DNA of 64,000 bases from Nemertoderma westbladi (taxonomy: Eukaryota > Animalia > Xenacoelomorpha), in NCBI GenBank assembly GCA_032718475.1, contig JAUCBJ010008708.1, positions 79,829-143,828 of the forward strand, written 5' to 3'. Under the pieces are notes generated by a model. It searched no databases, had not been told where the DNA came from, and saw only the letters and a list, made by a program, of their open reading frames with translations. The translations under genes and the position numbers were made by a program. Shown in pieces: positions 12,101 to 23,660 of this stretch. Numbering within the stretch: the first letter of the stretch is position 1; every line of letters starts with the position of its first letter.

Positions 12101-13235
12101 AGGATTCTATACAGACGAATTCTCCGATGCCAACGAATCCTGTTATCTAATAAATACCACAGTGTATCGAGCACTTACGGATGAAAAGGACACTGACGAG
12201 TTTACTCCAACTCCTTTTGACAAACAACCATCTTGGAAAGTTCCAACTTCCAACATAGGAATAAGAGAATTTCCTGTAGTGCAAGTTCGAGTTCATGGTC
12301 CCAACAAGAGTTACATAGTGAATGCCCTACTTGACTCCGGCAGCACAGGAACATTCATCGATCAAGAACTAGCCGAAGATATCTTTGCTGGACAACCCAA
12401 GTTCCGGACTAAATTGAATATGTCAGGAATTGTGCAGGTTTGGAAATCTACCCTAACGGCAGATTACTATGTAGGTGTGTTGTCCACCCCCCAGGATAAG
12501 TTAGGAACACAAGGTATAAGGTCAGTAAAAATGGTGGCTATAAAGAACTTTGCTACTACTCAAGCAGAACCTTATAACTGGGACGAGGACGAGTGCATCC
12601 AACATCTTGAGATACCTCGATTCCAAACCGATTATCCTGGAGTGCAAATACTCATCGGCCAAAACGCGCATGAGGCGCTCGAGCCATTAGAGAAACGGCC
12701 TGCTCAACCACAGTCACTACAAACCTATGCGGTAAGAACTAGAGTAGGTTGGTACTTCACTGGCCCTTCCCGTAGAACTCTCAAAGAGAGATTACCTCAA
12801 CAACAGGTATACCAAGTAAAGGGGGAAGTGGAGAGCAGTGATGTGGACGATCCAACTGAGGGAACACCATACTCCTCAGATAATGACGATATTAACTCCA
12901 ATGTAGATCAATGGAGACATTGCCTTGGGACGATTAATCCAGCCAACATCGCTTCCAGAGGAGCAACTCCTCAAGAACTGATAGATACTCCAGGCTGGTT
13001 AGGTGGATCCGACTCCTTAAGTAAAGAAGAAGAAGAATTGCCTCCTCATCTTACCACGGCAGAGAGTAGACAGGCCAAGGGAGCGGAGAAACTAACACAA
13101 CAACTCAATCGCCCAGCTGGTCGTTTATGTTTACTGGAAAGAGACCGAAAACTGTCCGGAAACTATGGAAGGCAAGATACTCTTCCTACGACCACTTCCC
13201 TAATCCGACAAATATCTAGGGACTCTATAACGTAA
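9114..13235 (+). CDS. gag: Element B Gag-protease polyprotein with in-frame remnants of RNase H and the IN C-terminus
   Basis: Coiled-coil N-terminus, BEL Gag core KFNGDEMKWLPF, three Cys/His knuckles (CALCDGPH, CYNCLRSGH, CAKCGAKHH), protease LLDSGS, then QWRHCLGTINPANIASRG and LNRPAGRLCLLE. No YxDD. Confidence 0.9.
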   Translation: MADTRQTLSDSLLETTACFSDQSVENPRPRSETPPTVRRATPAVVVSEPRLVEAISQFAKLVKRRRSAIGTRAQVKRDQEAAVKQQRHPSQEPSSQQPDSSSSSETVERTPERGAKMADTVYDERPTFEESTDATSSQVESEVESEVESELTAAEKPRTRDAIDIYLSDYQRFVGDEELRRRLSGLRPNSEGTKLVLDAIDAEMLAANQAECDEKLRLTRVREEQIKKRRIEEQKAAAMAAAMAEAEVERKAAAAEVEAKGRAAAAEAKVAKAVAEAERRASEQTTQLELENLQETQDSINKQFTANQMQMMRKSTPKRQGYTSSEEGDTTDPEGGGNRSHLSRRRKTYYRRKLPDLPPAVKRQLTSTDLGSAEPIEQFIQVKRLPTIVDEPEIIRPVVPKVTSVLETPTLPELNSKFPLHSTTLPVPGGTVHANTPVQIAEREINNLSPVVPRQPATMLATPASAVEWVEEGRRGMNLLLGQMQETVHQLKGTVREGRAELQEVQQSIALERDKLVNIQKGIPMPPVTLCQPVRSEVLHAQGVEPTRIYTASEVETPIANPIKGDYRPVINDIPYRPDNDPRNLYTDNSILNNTMAQESFTRQMARTEARQAVKVGEIVKFNGDEMKWLPFNEYYKDSIQNSVLSNGDKLRFLIKCLEGPPKLMALKFIGHPDGLRQVWDTLNIRYGNKDNIAKYLYAKLVAPRHFLSSGIIEFSDEIQEICRQLDWLGKSHEYQSSMVIGAVVSTLPKGGVCTRWDKKVLYMNEQQRRSPTMADLMSFLDGEVKLQLIKQAREKTSENKVSEKPVSRRRIIPVCYTDDGESQASQEEDSGKDTAKSYYDNKTYKDVSKYKSRTSDRREQVTTTPPTSPKRIHGRKPEERTRVQNVNQVKVSNIKPKCALCDGPHRLSACAEFLKKSPVDRRTVLWNKRLCYNCLRSGHQRRTCYSDVKCAKCGAKHHILLHSEFERDNPSQVSEPELHVQFSDVNDTDQGSEWEGFYTDEFSDANESCYLINTTVYRALTDEKDTDEFTPTPFDKQPSWKVPTSNIGIREFPVVQVRVHGPNKSYIVNALLDSGSTGTFIDQELAEDIFAGQPKFRTKLNMSGIVQVWKSTLTADYYVGVLSTPQDKLGTQGIRSVKMVAIKNFATTQAEPYNWDEDECIQHLEIPRFQTDYPGVQILIGQNAHEALEPLEKRPAQPQSLQTYAVRTRVGWYFTGPSRRTLKERLPQQQVYQVKGEVESSDVDDPTEGTPYSSDNDDINSNVDQWRHCLGTINPANIASRGATPQELIDTPGWLGGSDSLSKEEEELPPHLTTAESRQAKGAEKLTQQLNRPAGRLCLLERDRKLSGNYGRQDTLPTTTSLIRQISRDSIT

Positions 13236-14862
13236 TAACATATGGAGTGGGCGTGTGGCTATATCATTTTATATTTGTTTTTATTTTATATTTATGTATG
13301 TATTATTATGTAATTTTATTATAATCGTTTTCTTTAATTTTATTTAGTAAAATGTTATTTTAGAAAATTTAGTAAATTAGTGCAATATATTAGTGTTTAT
13401 TACGTACATAATTACTTAAAATATATATTTAGTGCGACGGCGAGAAATAATTATTTTCTCTTCCCTTACTGTCCGTATCATATTATAAATGCGTGACTAC
13501 AGTAAGATGAAATGTCCGTACTTCTTAAAGTACAATAAAGCCACTACTATATTTAAGTATTATTGGTAGGCAGAGTATTAGGAATGCAAAGTTCAGATCC
13601 TCGTGTCTCGGCTAAACCAAGCTCTGGGTAGACCTTGGAAACGACTTGCCTCTTCACACTGACATTGCTTCGTGCGATATTGCTCTTCTACCTTATAACA
13701 AATAATACATATAGTAGCGTGATGTCCCTCTAACAGTAGCGTCAATCGCAAATAAATCTGTTAAACTTTTGACCATCTGTAATTCTAGTCGATTAAGATA
13801 TCGTGGCACCCACCGATATACTTGAAAGACAAATTCTAGAATCAGTGGTTAACGTCCCCAGACAAGTTCTGGAATAAATTGGTGCCCATCCTAAATATTA
13901 ATTTAATATTTGTTAAAATCTGTAAAATCCCGATCCTTTAAAATTTCTAGTCAATTAAGATATCGCAGTATTTACCGATATTCTTAGAAGGACTATTTTA
14001 TAGAATTAAGGATCCTAAGTCCCCAGATATGCTCTGGAATAAAATTTATGTCAATTTAACAATCAAATAATAAAATTCACGGGAATAAATTTAAATTCAT
14101 ATTCAAATGAATTTCATAAATTGTCATTTTGTACAATTTATAACATTCCCAAAATTCCAGTAATTAATAGATCATGGGAGCGGAGATTCATATTGAGTGT
14201 ACTAGAGTGTGAGAATCTCCAACATATAGTCAATAGCCGATAAAATTTATAAAATCATGCATAAAGAGGATATTGACAATTAAAGAATTACTATTAAATA
14301 ACATCCCAGATCTGTATGCCTGCGCCTGAGGATTGCCCTAATTCTACCGCTAGTTTTCCATAATGTCACCATGGCAACACCCACGCTAGAATTAGAAACA
14401 AGTTAAAGGACCAATAAAAGCTTGCCCCATTGCGTAGCATAAGAGTATACATAGCGCACTATTAGTATCCAAGGATACATAGTAATAACGTGACATTCTG
14501 GAAGACACTGACTAACGGACAAATGGCATGCATGTGTGCAGTAAGTAATGATTGTATGGAATTTGTGCGTTTATAGGTGAATGTTACTACTAAAGTGTGT
14601 TTACAGTAGCTAATCGCAATTGTAAAATAGCCCTAACTCTACCGAGATAACCTCAAGTGGATTCAAGCCTTTGGGACGGACAGTGGTGGGACTTGTGCCG
14701 GTTATCGTTGTCGTGCTGTTGCTACATGTTGGCGTAAACACCGCGACAATGGTACATCGGCGCTGAGAAACCCACTGTCCGGGGGCAAAGCCTAGTAGGC
14801 AGCGACGCCCGCTTGCCTAAAATATTAACTCATATTGATATTAATAAACTCAGATAGCAGAT

Positions 14863-16312
14863 ATGACGGAATTGATAGAAGATGACCTTGGTATCAGGGA
14901 GCGATATACTCTACCTTTACAAGCGTTTGTGGATAGCTTGATACGCGGTGAAGCCGATCCGACTATTATGGAGGACGATGGTCGTTATATCGAACCGCCG
15001 ATGTCCCAGGAACAACTTACGCGTGAATTGGACTATAGAAAATTCACCGCTCGCTATACGAATCGTAATGGTACGTATATGGACTTCTTAACTACCGGCC
15101 ATCCTACCGATTTACATGATACGGACGATGTATACACCGAAAGGGAAATGGTTCTATTTAAATATCATACCCAGCGGAGTCGTAACGATAAACCGAGAAT
15201 AGATCACGAAAATTATATTCGTAACAGACTGGGAAGACGGACCCATATGTTTAGAATCTGAAGAGATTCAGCCCCCACGTCTCGGAGTAGCGATAGCGAC
15301 TACATATGGGAATGGTATCAAGGTCCACAGTGTCTCACTGCGTACGATTATCGCCATGCCAACTATGTTTCTCGGCAACGTTATCGATTATGCGCATCGA
15401 GAGACCATGTTACGCCCATGGACACAAACGTCCGCTGTTCCTATTTCCACGAACAACCGACGATGGAAATTTATTGCGCGTATTACAGACTCAATAACTC
15501 GCACATTTTTGCGGTTTGCCCTCAATTGATGACTCAATGTCACCATTGTCAACTAAAGGGACGCGCCAGTTTCGATTGCCCTTTTTAGTCACGATTTGGA
15601 AAGCGTAGATGAAATGATCACACTACGTTACATCAGAGCTTGGGAAGCGAACGCTGATTTACATTGTGATTCACGCCATCGCTATTATCCTGGACGCGCT
15701 TACGAAGGAGTTTATGCGTTCCATCCTTATTTGTTTGCCTCGGTCGAGCAGAAATCGCGCCTATCGAGTTATGAACTATTGAAGCGCGTTGGAGAATGTA
15801 TTTCAACCAAATATGTACGCAAATTTCTCAGGAGCATTAATCCGAGTGACATCAATTCGTACAACTTAATAAACTTTATCCGTCAAGATCCGGCCTATGG
15901 AGACTTATTTGTCAACTCACACCCTGAGTTACAGGAAGTATATCGACGGCCTTACGAGTACAGAGCCCGCGAACGCGAGTTGGAAAGAACCATTAAACCA
16001 AGGAAGTTTCTAACTGCCTATGGTCCACCCACGGCCCTCGTTCAGACCACTCGTAAAGGACCCGTAAGAGCGGCTGTCTTGAAACGAGCTCTCAAAGCCG
16101 TTAGACCCCTCTCCCCGGACGTTGATGTCAATCAACCCGGTACTTCGACCGGCGGATATACCGATCGCAATCCCATACCTTCTGATGCAATCATATTGCA
16201 CCCTTCACCCAGGAGTTATAGCCCTCCTCGTAAAGTGGCTCGCCCCAAAGAGAAAAGGACTCTTGCTAGCTTTAAAAAACTGCGTAAACGCCGTCCGCGC
16301 AAGAAAGACTAA
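14863..16312 (+). pseudogene. Element B 3' accessory ORF (~480 aa reconstructed) with a degenerate double Cys/His knuckle and basic tail
   Basis: Reading through the TGA at 15259-15261 and removing one T in the T-run near 15582-15586 joins ORFs 14863..15261 and 15596..16312. Candidate splice acceptors at 14851-14860. Confidence 0.7.
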
Positions 16313-16390
16313 CTGTTTAGAGTATTTACGTATATTAGAAACTGTGATTTTTGTATATTTATAGACTCAAATCCCATTTTCTGGGAGCGG

Positions 16391-17637
16391 TGTAAAAGCT
16401 TCTGTGGGATATAACTGGCCCCTTTTGCTTCGCAATCCAGTTTCCCCCCAGGCGCTGGAATACTCTAAAAAGGTTCTCTAACTGTATATATATTCCCCTC
16501 GCCCGCAAGGTACCGTTACAGGTGTTTTAACGGACATAAAAGTCATTCTGCTATATACGTGTTTTGGCGGACATGTTAAGGCAAAAAACCTGCAATGCAC
16601 CAACTACCTTTCACAGCTTAGCCGTGATGATTCATATTACGACATCTAACAGCTGGTTGCTGACATGGAAACAGCCATTGGACGCATGGTTCTTTGTTTG
16701 GCTTGAGCCAATCAGAGCGATTTTTCCTGTCGACGTGTAGCTTTTCGGCCGATCATAAGGAGAGTGTTCAGTCTTACTGTTTTTACTTGATACTTTGTTG
16801 TTATTGCTGTCTAAGCCAGAAACACCGGCTTTTTGGGAAGAACTCTAGTAAACTGCTTGAATTATCGAAAGTATAAACTGTTACCTCAATAACTCACTAA
16901 TTAACATGCTCACTTAATTTAATTGCATTAATCATATTGTTTGTACTGTTATTTTACCGTCAGTTATTAATTGTACCTATTTGTTGATGGAAATATTGCT
17001 CTTTGGATAATACGGATAAATCACCCAAATTCCCAATTTTCTTGATACACTACAGGTTAGAGAGACCGGCTATATATAACAATTGCGATTTATATCAATG
17101 TGGTGTGTATTGAATCTAATGTTATTTAGTAGACACTACCTGAGTCAATTGCTGTTCTCTTCATGTGTGATCAAATATACTGACGGTCGGCAGAATAGTG
17201 TGCATGATTGTGAGTGTGATGTGACTGGTAACAAAGCATTTCCTAAAGAATGCGACTTATACTTTAATCATAAGCCTTATCGTTGCGTTTAGTATAAGTC
17301 CTAGCTCTGTTTAAATAGATAGAGCGCCACGTCCTAAAGGAACTGTTAATATTTCCCGAAAGTTAATAATATCTGTCAGAAATTAATTATTAGTGATCTA
17401 TCGAATAATACAATAGGCTTACACTGCAACCTTACACTGCAATAATAAAATCTAAGCATCCGAATTCAGCCTCCCGGGTGTAGATCCATCGGGTGAATGA
17501 TCGCGCATGGGCTGGCTTCGGCTAATGTTTTGTTTATTAGCATAAAATATTGTCGTATGCTAAAGGTGTGTTAATTAACTAAAAGACATATAAATTTTGG
17601 CAGGTTAAACTGCTAAAGGTCTTCAAAAGCGCGAACA
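16391..17637 (+). repeat. 3' LTR of element B
   Basis: Direct repeat of 5599-6845, preceded by the PPT and followed by TSD AGTAT. Confidence 0.95.
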
Positions 17638-19646
17638 AGTATAGTGTTGGCGGTTACAATATGTAATTGGTCAGCACCAATAATAAGAGATATATTGCGC
17701 AGGCTACCATTAAATTCATCAGCCCATGGTTGGATGTGCGTTAAGTTAGTAGGTAAATGGGGCAAATATTCCTGTCTAATTGGAGGACAAAGAGATGTTG
17801 CAGTCCATGCACATAAAACCAAGGGTTGTGGCGAAAACTGACTCCGTAAAGAAATACTAACCTGAGTGGAGTCTTGAGAACAAATATGTCCTCCAAAGGA
17901 ACCTGTAGTAAAAATCTGCTGCTGTAAACAAGGTAATGCTAATTCGTCGGCCACATTTTTTGTAATATATGACCTTTTAGAACCATCATCCAGATAAATA
18001 TAAATCCAGATACCTATATCTGAATTTGGCGGTGAGATAAATGCCTTAGCTATTTTAACAAAAACAGCAGATGGATTAGGTTCGGTGGCATGAACAGATG
18101 GTTGGACATCGTTATAGATAGGTGTTGCTGTAGGTGGTTGCCATGGCAACATGCCATCGGGTTTTGTTAATGTTCTAGTATAAGTCTTAGAATTCGAGTG
18201 AGTACTTGCAGTTCCAGTACTAAGGCTAGGCTGGTGGTTTGATTTATTAGAACTATAACAAAGCAAAGAATGGTGGCGTTTGCCACAATGGCGGCAGGAG
18301 GTGGTTGAGGGACACAATGAATACTGGTGAGGTCCCAAACAATTGGTACACAGGTTTGATGCTTGAATAATGTTTGAACGAGCTAAAGGTAATTTGCTCA
18401 TAAAGGATTTACACAATCTCAGACTATGGGGGGTGCCATTGCATGCAGGACAGGGAGAACGAGATGGATTCTCATTAATAGTAGTATAATTATTTTTGCC
18501 TCGATTGCCAACAGGTGAATGTCCTGTATTATCACTTATAGGCAAAGCAGCAACAGCACTAGGTTGGAGTGGTTGTCGCCTATAATTTGGCTGATGGAAG
18601 GTTGGTTTTATATTTGTCCGGGTTATTTCTTTGACTGACTGGGCATTAAAATCCAAAGATTCCCGAGTTTCTAATTCAGAATTGGCAAAATCTAACAATT
18701 TGTCTAGATTAAAACGATCGTCTGCATGTAGATGATTCCAATCCAGTACTACATCTGGAGGTAACTTCTGTAGCAGTAGAGGTGCTAATAATAAAGATGT
18801 AAGGTCATGTGTTGCAGTGGAAGTATCAACACTACAATTTGGGTTTATCTCACTAGATAAACTTTTGATCTGTCTAAGGGAAGATTGGAAAGAATTTAGA
18901 GTTTTTCTAAACATTGGTACATTATCAGTGGCTATATTTGGTTGGTTACACAACTTGGTGGCATAGAGTCCAATTAAAAAATTGGGGTTCCCATATCGGC
19001 GTTTAAGGGTTTCTATGGCTATTATATAATTTTCGGCTGTTGCTTCCAGCCCTTCTAAAGCATCTCGGGCATCTCCCTTTAAAGACTGCCGCAAATAAAC
19101 AAATTTCCGGGTGGCCGGAATATTGCATTGATGAATTGATGTGGAAAATTGGTCCCAAAATGGGCGCCATTGCAAAAAATCACCAAAGAACTTTGGTATT
19201 TCAACCTTTGGTAAACCCCGGTCATCATCCTCCAATAGTTTGGTATGAGAACTAGAACTGGAAGAATCACTGGTTGGGGGTTGCTCTAGACGTGCTAGTA
19301 AACGGCTAGATTTGAATAAAATCTCATCTATTTCCTGGTCGAGTTTGTTAAAATTTACAATATTTAGGCCCAACTCGGACAGTTCATTGTTTATTTTACA
19401 CAGGTAAATACGGTGGTTTTCTAATACATGAATGGCATAGGCAAAATCATCAATTTCTACTGACTCACCTCGGCCTCTAAAACGATGTAAATCGCTTATT
19501 AATTTGTTGGCTTTAATTCGAGCCTGGTTATAAGAACGTTTTAAAACTTCAGCCTCAGCATTCTGACCTTCTGTTTCGACACGGTTGTCAGCAGCAGGGT
19601 TATTCTCTATATCTACAATATCGAGGGTATCATCTAGATCAGACAT
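17638..19646 (-). CDS. gag: Element A Gag-protease segment
   Basis: LPKVEIPKFFGDFLQWRPFWDQF (BEL Gag core), knuckles CPACNGTPH, CTNCLGPH and CRHCGKRHH, protease YLDDGS. Confidence 0.9.
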
Positions 19647-19760
19647 ACCGGTACCGGTAGGCCCCTAATGGGCATAGGAGCATAGCAGTATAAGCCTACT
19701 GCTGTACTGACTGGTTGTAAGTGCTAGGTGGCGGTTGCGGTTGCAGGTTGGTAGGTAGTA

Positions 19761-19776
19761 GATTCCGGTCTCACCA
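19761..19776 (-). promoter_or_regulatory. PBS-like site of element A
   Basis: TGGTGAGACCGGAATC lies 4 nt after a CA end and ~115 nt upstream of the gag ATG. It resembles an altered tRNA-Tyr PBS (TGGTCCTTCGAGCCGGAATC). Confidence 0.6.
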
Positions 19777-20379
19777 CATATGCTATGGTACCGGTATAAT
19801 TTCACAGAAGACAATACAGCAGAAGTTTATTTATTTAAAATACATTGTTCCTTCTACTGTTCTAGTCACGTACCAGTAGGCAGTACCGATAGATGTCATA
19901 ATCCGGTTCGAAGATTGTGGTGTCTCTTTTCAACATATACCTAATATAATGAATAGTTGAGAAAACACCATGTTAAACATTTGGCAGGTAGGCGTCTTTC
20001 ACAATAACAGTAATAATATAATATTGCAGTACCGGTATTGAATATTGACCACAATACACATAGGTGACATACACATTATCAGGTGTCAAGGATTACAGCA
20101 ACCGGTATCCGTAGATAGGTCAGTAGGTACAGCAGAGCAGTACATCCACAATAGGCCTAGATAAAACCGACATACAGACTTTCACAATATATATAATGAG
20201 GCCATGAGTCATAGACAGTTATAATAAAAGTCATTACACTTATAATAAAAGTCATTACAAACACACTGTTACCATCAATAATAAAACTCAGATAAAATGT
20301 TACACATAGCATAACTAAAAATCAAAATTTCTATGCTACAAAACAGATTTAAATAAAAAGAGTTAAACGTATAATTAAA

Positions 20380-21104
20380 GAAATATTGCATTGTTTCCCA
20401 GCTACGTATGGAATAAACAAAATGTTCCAGAATATGGTATATTAAATAGAATAAATGGCCTGCAGGGGAAGCAAATACCTCCAACATTCAAATGCCAATA
20501 TCTCAGCTTTTTTCCAACCAAATTCAAATGTTTTTACATATTTGGAATGCTTGCATGGGCAGCTTTCTAGCTGATGAGTAGATTAGATTTGATGGTTTGA
20601 TACCATCAAATCACAATAATGTTGAAGAATGATTGCACTGTTACCTGTGAAAAATCGCCGGAGACACCTTTTTGTACCTGTACATGAAAGCAAAAATAAA
20701 AATTCTGGCTCACCCACGGAGGAGGATGGAGATGAAACTATCTCTGTTTCAATTTCATACAATCTCATTAAGATTTCTAGAACAATTAGGGGGGGGGGGG
20801 GGGGGGGGTGGTGGAGGCATGTACCTGAATCAAGCAAAAGCAAACAGTCGGCCAAAGCCGGAGGCGACCCGAAGGCTCCTCTTTCGATAGCTGCTACCCG
20901 AGGGTAGGGGTGGGCGCCACTTCTATCCCATGATTTACTCTCAGTTATTTAACTGGTACTCATTTTATCGACCCAGTGGTAGAAAGGCTGAGTAGACCCT
21001 GGCGGGGCTGAACATATAGACAACCAATAGATTGCAGGCCCGGCGCTCCACCATCTGAGCTACCCCGCCACCTGAATAACGACACTATATTCCAGGACAT
21101 GGTG
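20380..21104 (-). mobile_element. Right long TIR matching 2196-2620, interrupted by a SINE
   Basis: Inverted copy ending ...GGACATGGTG|TA. Confidence 0.65.
20831..21069 (-). mobile_element. tRNA-derived SINE with a Nin/Deu-like central domain
   Basis: Head GGCGGGGTAGCTCAGATGG (A box), core ACTCAGCCTTT...GGGTCGATAAAATGAGTACCAG, (TTTGC)n tail. 8-bp TSD ACCTGAAT at 20823-20830 and 21070-21077; the empty site is visible near 2223. Confidence 0.85.
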
Positions 21105-21849
21105 TATCGCTGTACGTTTTATTAAATAATTAAGCAACAAAAAAGTACCAATTTAAGAATAAAATTACGTAGGCTACTACATGGGAAATTAAACGTAGAA
21201 CATTTTTTTTCAATATTCTATCAACCCTTTATTAACCTCGCTGATGACGCTCGGTAAATAAAATGCCTCGAGAATAGTGAAAAAAAGTTCTATTTTTTTC
21301 CCATGTAATAAATAATTATTACGGCTTTCTTTAAATTCTAATTGTTGATATTGCACTTAACCAGTTTCGGACACTACCCCAGTTTGTTCTAGAACAAAAT
21401 ATAACCTGATTTGGATCCCACTTGCATTGTTATGGAACGATATATATATGTTCTAGAACCAAATTTTTTTCAAAAATAAATATATAAAGTGTTGAAGAAC
21501 ATTTTCAAAACAATTTCAAAACATTTTCAAAACATTTTCAATTTCGGCATGAATGCTACGAAGAGACTAGCAAAGGGCGTATCTCTCTCTACTTTGCACC
21601 CTTGATGTCACATATGTATACTATAGTTTGGTATTAGTAAAATTAATAGTTAATAAATTAATATAGTTAAATTAATATAATAGATTAAATTACAATTTTT
21701 GTTCGATGTGTAGAGAAAATATGATGAAACATATACAGTACATGAAATATATAGTGTGGCACGTAGTGTGCTGCCACGGCTCTGACTTGGTTGAACTGAA
21801 GGCTATTTTCCTTGCACAAATAGTAAGTAGCTTCACGGCCAGTAGCTAG

Positions 21850-23660
21850 TAGGACCCCCCACCCCCCAGATTTTTCTACAAATCTTTATCATAATGCTTG
21901 AAATTTGAAACACAACTAGTTCAACTTACCGTGGTTGTTACCATGAAGCCGGAATTTTCGATTTAACCTTTAGTTCTTTTTATAAGCGTTTTAAAAAAAT
22001 GTCTTGTGCGAAATCGCACCCTCCGTATCGTGGCCATTCTTCACATTAGTCGTAATTTTTTCATATCATAAAAAATTCCAAATATTGGATTCCAAATATG
22101 TAACAATATATGAATTTGGTTGAGAAACAGCTGAGAAATAGGCGTTCAAAGATTGCAAGAATGATCATTCGCGGTAGGCCATTTATTCTATCTAAGCCAT
22201 TTATTCTATCTAACTAGAAAGCCAGCAAGCTGGCTGGAAGGAGCCCGGGGGAAAAATCCTAGCCAAGACTATTACAAAGAACTATGTCAGTCAGCAGTAA
22301 GTAAACTAAAATTGTCTAAACAATCGCGTGAGGCTAGCTGACTTTGTGGCTCGCCCCACATAATAAAAAATGCAACTTAGCTACCACTAACAAAAATATA
22401 ATATGAAGCAAATAATTTCATTATCAAGAATGTTTACAAGATATAAGATGCGATTACTGAATATTTATAAAAAATGCCCATGATGCACAACCAGATAAAT
22501 AACAATGAATAGAGCCAAATAACAAATTTAGTTTCCTTCTATAGGTATTACCCCGTCGTCAAGCGGAATATCTCTTCCCAGTGATTCTATGTGAATATGT
22601 AATATAGGTACTCCTTAGGCGGTAGGCCAGAGCGGGCTCCTTAAATACATGCAACTACTGTATTATAGTGTAGGTCAACTATAAAACATTTTGCAATCCA
22701 CAGTGAGTATCGACTGCAATAGGACACAACACACTGCTTTGTGTAACTAAAATTCATTCTCCTGATCCACCCCCTAACATAGCAGAGTGAGTAACCTTAT
22801 TGTAGATATACCCTTAGGAAGCACTGGGAAAGCAATCAGCTTATGGGGTAATACATTAGAAACCAACAGCTTATGTGTGAGTAAACATTGCCTTTCCTTA
22901 TAGCCTACTAGTAAAACTTGGCAACCAACACGTTTTTCTATGACTGTGTATAACATATTAAGCCATATTTCATCATGAACACCAGCTATTATTTTACCAT
23001 TGCTTTTAATTTCGCGACAAAACAATGTCAAAAAACTAAATATATCGAATACCACACATAGAATCGATCTGAAATTTTGTAACGCGATTATGAACCACCA
23101 AAGCAATGTACTTGCAAAATTTCATCAAAATCGCCAGGCAGGAAGTGCCTTAACCTAGATAATTATCAGTCAGTATGTCAGTCAGTATGTCAGTCAGTAT
23201 GTCAGTCAGTGTAATGTATCCTGAGATTTTTACAGAAAGTATCCCTGAGATTCTTACAGTAAGTATCCCGCTGTCAAGCGGGCTCCTAATAAATACACAT
23301 AATTCTAGAATGTGTTATGGCAACAGCGGTATTCCTATCCAATATATCTATTACGTAGCTATTCATACATAAACAAAATGTTCCAGAACATCATGTATTT
23401 ATTAAATAGAATAAATTGCCTTCAGCGAACATAAATTCTTGTAATCGTTGAACGCCTATATCTCAGCTGTTTCTCAACGAAATTCAGATATTGTTACATA
23501 TTTCAAATCCTTGCAAGGCAAGCTATTTAATGATATGAAAAAGATAGGACTAATGTGAAGAATGGCCACGATACGGAGGGTGCGATTTCGCAAAAGAAAC
23601 ATTTTTAAACATATACAAAATATATATAAAACAATTAAAGGCACAATCGGAAATTCGGAA
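21850..23660. mobile_element. Second pair of inverted arms related to the same long-TIR family, with Helitron/HINE-like sequence inside
   Basis: 21950-22200 is the reverse complement of 23400-23660 (e.g. gaaatcgcaccctccgtatcgtggccattcttcacattagtc). Hairpin plus CTAG end on the minus strand near 22213. (GTCAGTCAGTAT)n at 23168-23210. Confidence 0.5.

Larger units (their letters stand above)
5599..17637 (+). mobile_element. BEL/Pao LTR retrotransposon B, non-autonomous (RT, most RNase H and IN deleted), with a 3' accessory ORF
   Basis: 1247-bp TG...CA LTRs. TSD AGTAT at 5594-5598 and 17638-17642. PPT TGGGAGCGG at 16382-16390. Confidence 0.95.
3058..20190 (-). mobile_element. BEL/Pao LTR retrotransposon A; 3'-truncated within integrase and interrupted by element B
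   Basis: gag-PR at 19646-17638 and RT-RH-IN at 5598-3058 join in frame (..TANTIL|NVGLP..) once B and one AGTAT copy are removed. PBS-like TGGTGAGACCGGAATC at 19776-19761. No 3' LTR was found, and the outer boundary is approximate. Confidence 0.9.

Noticed and set aside
15470-15585. Captured nanos gene
   Set aside because: The spacing is shorter than the Nanos CCHC pattern; only a loose resemblance is claimed.
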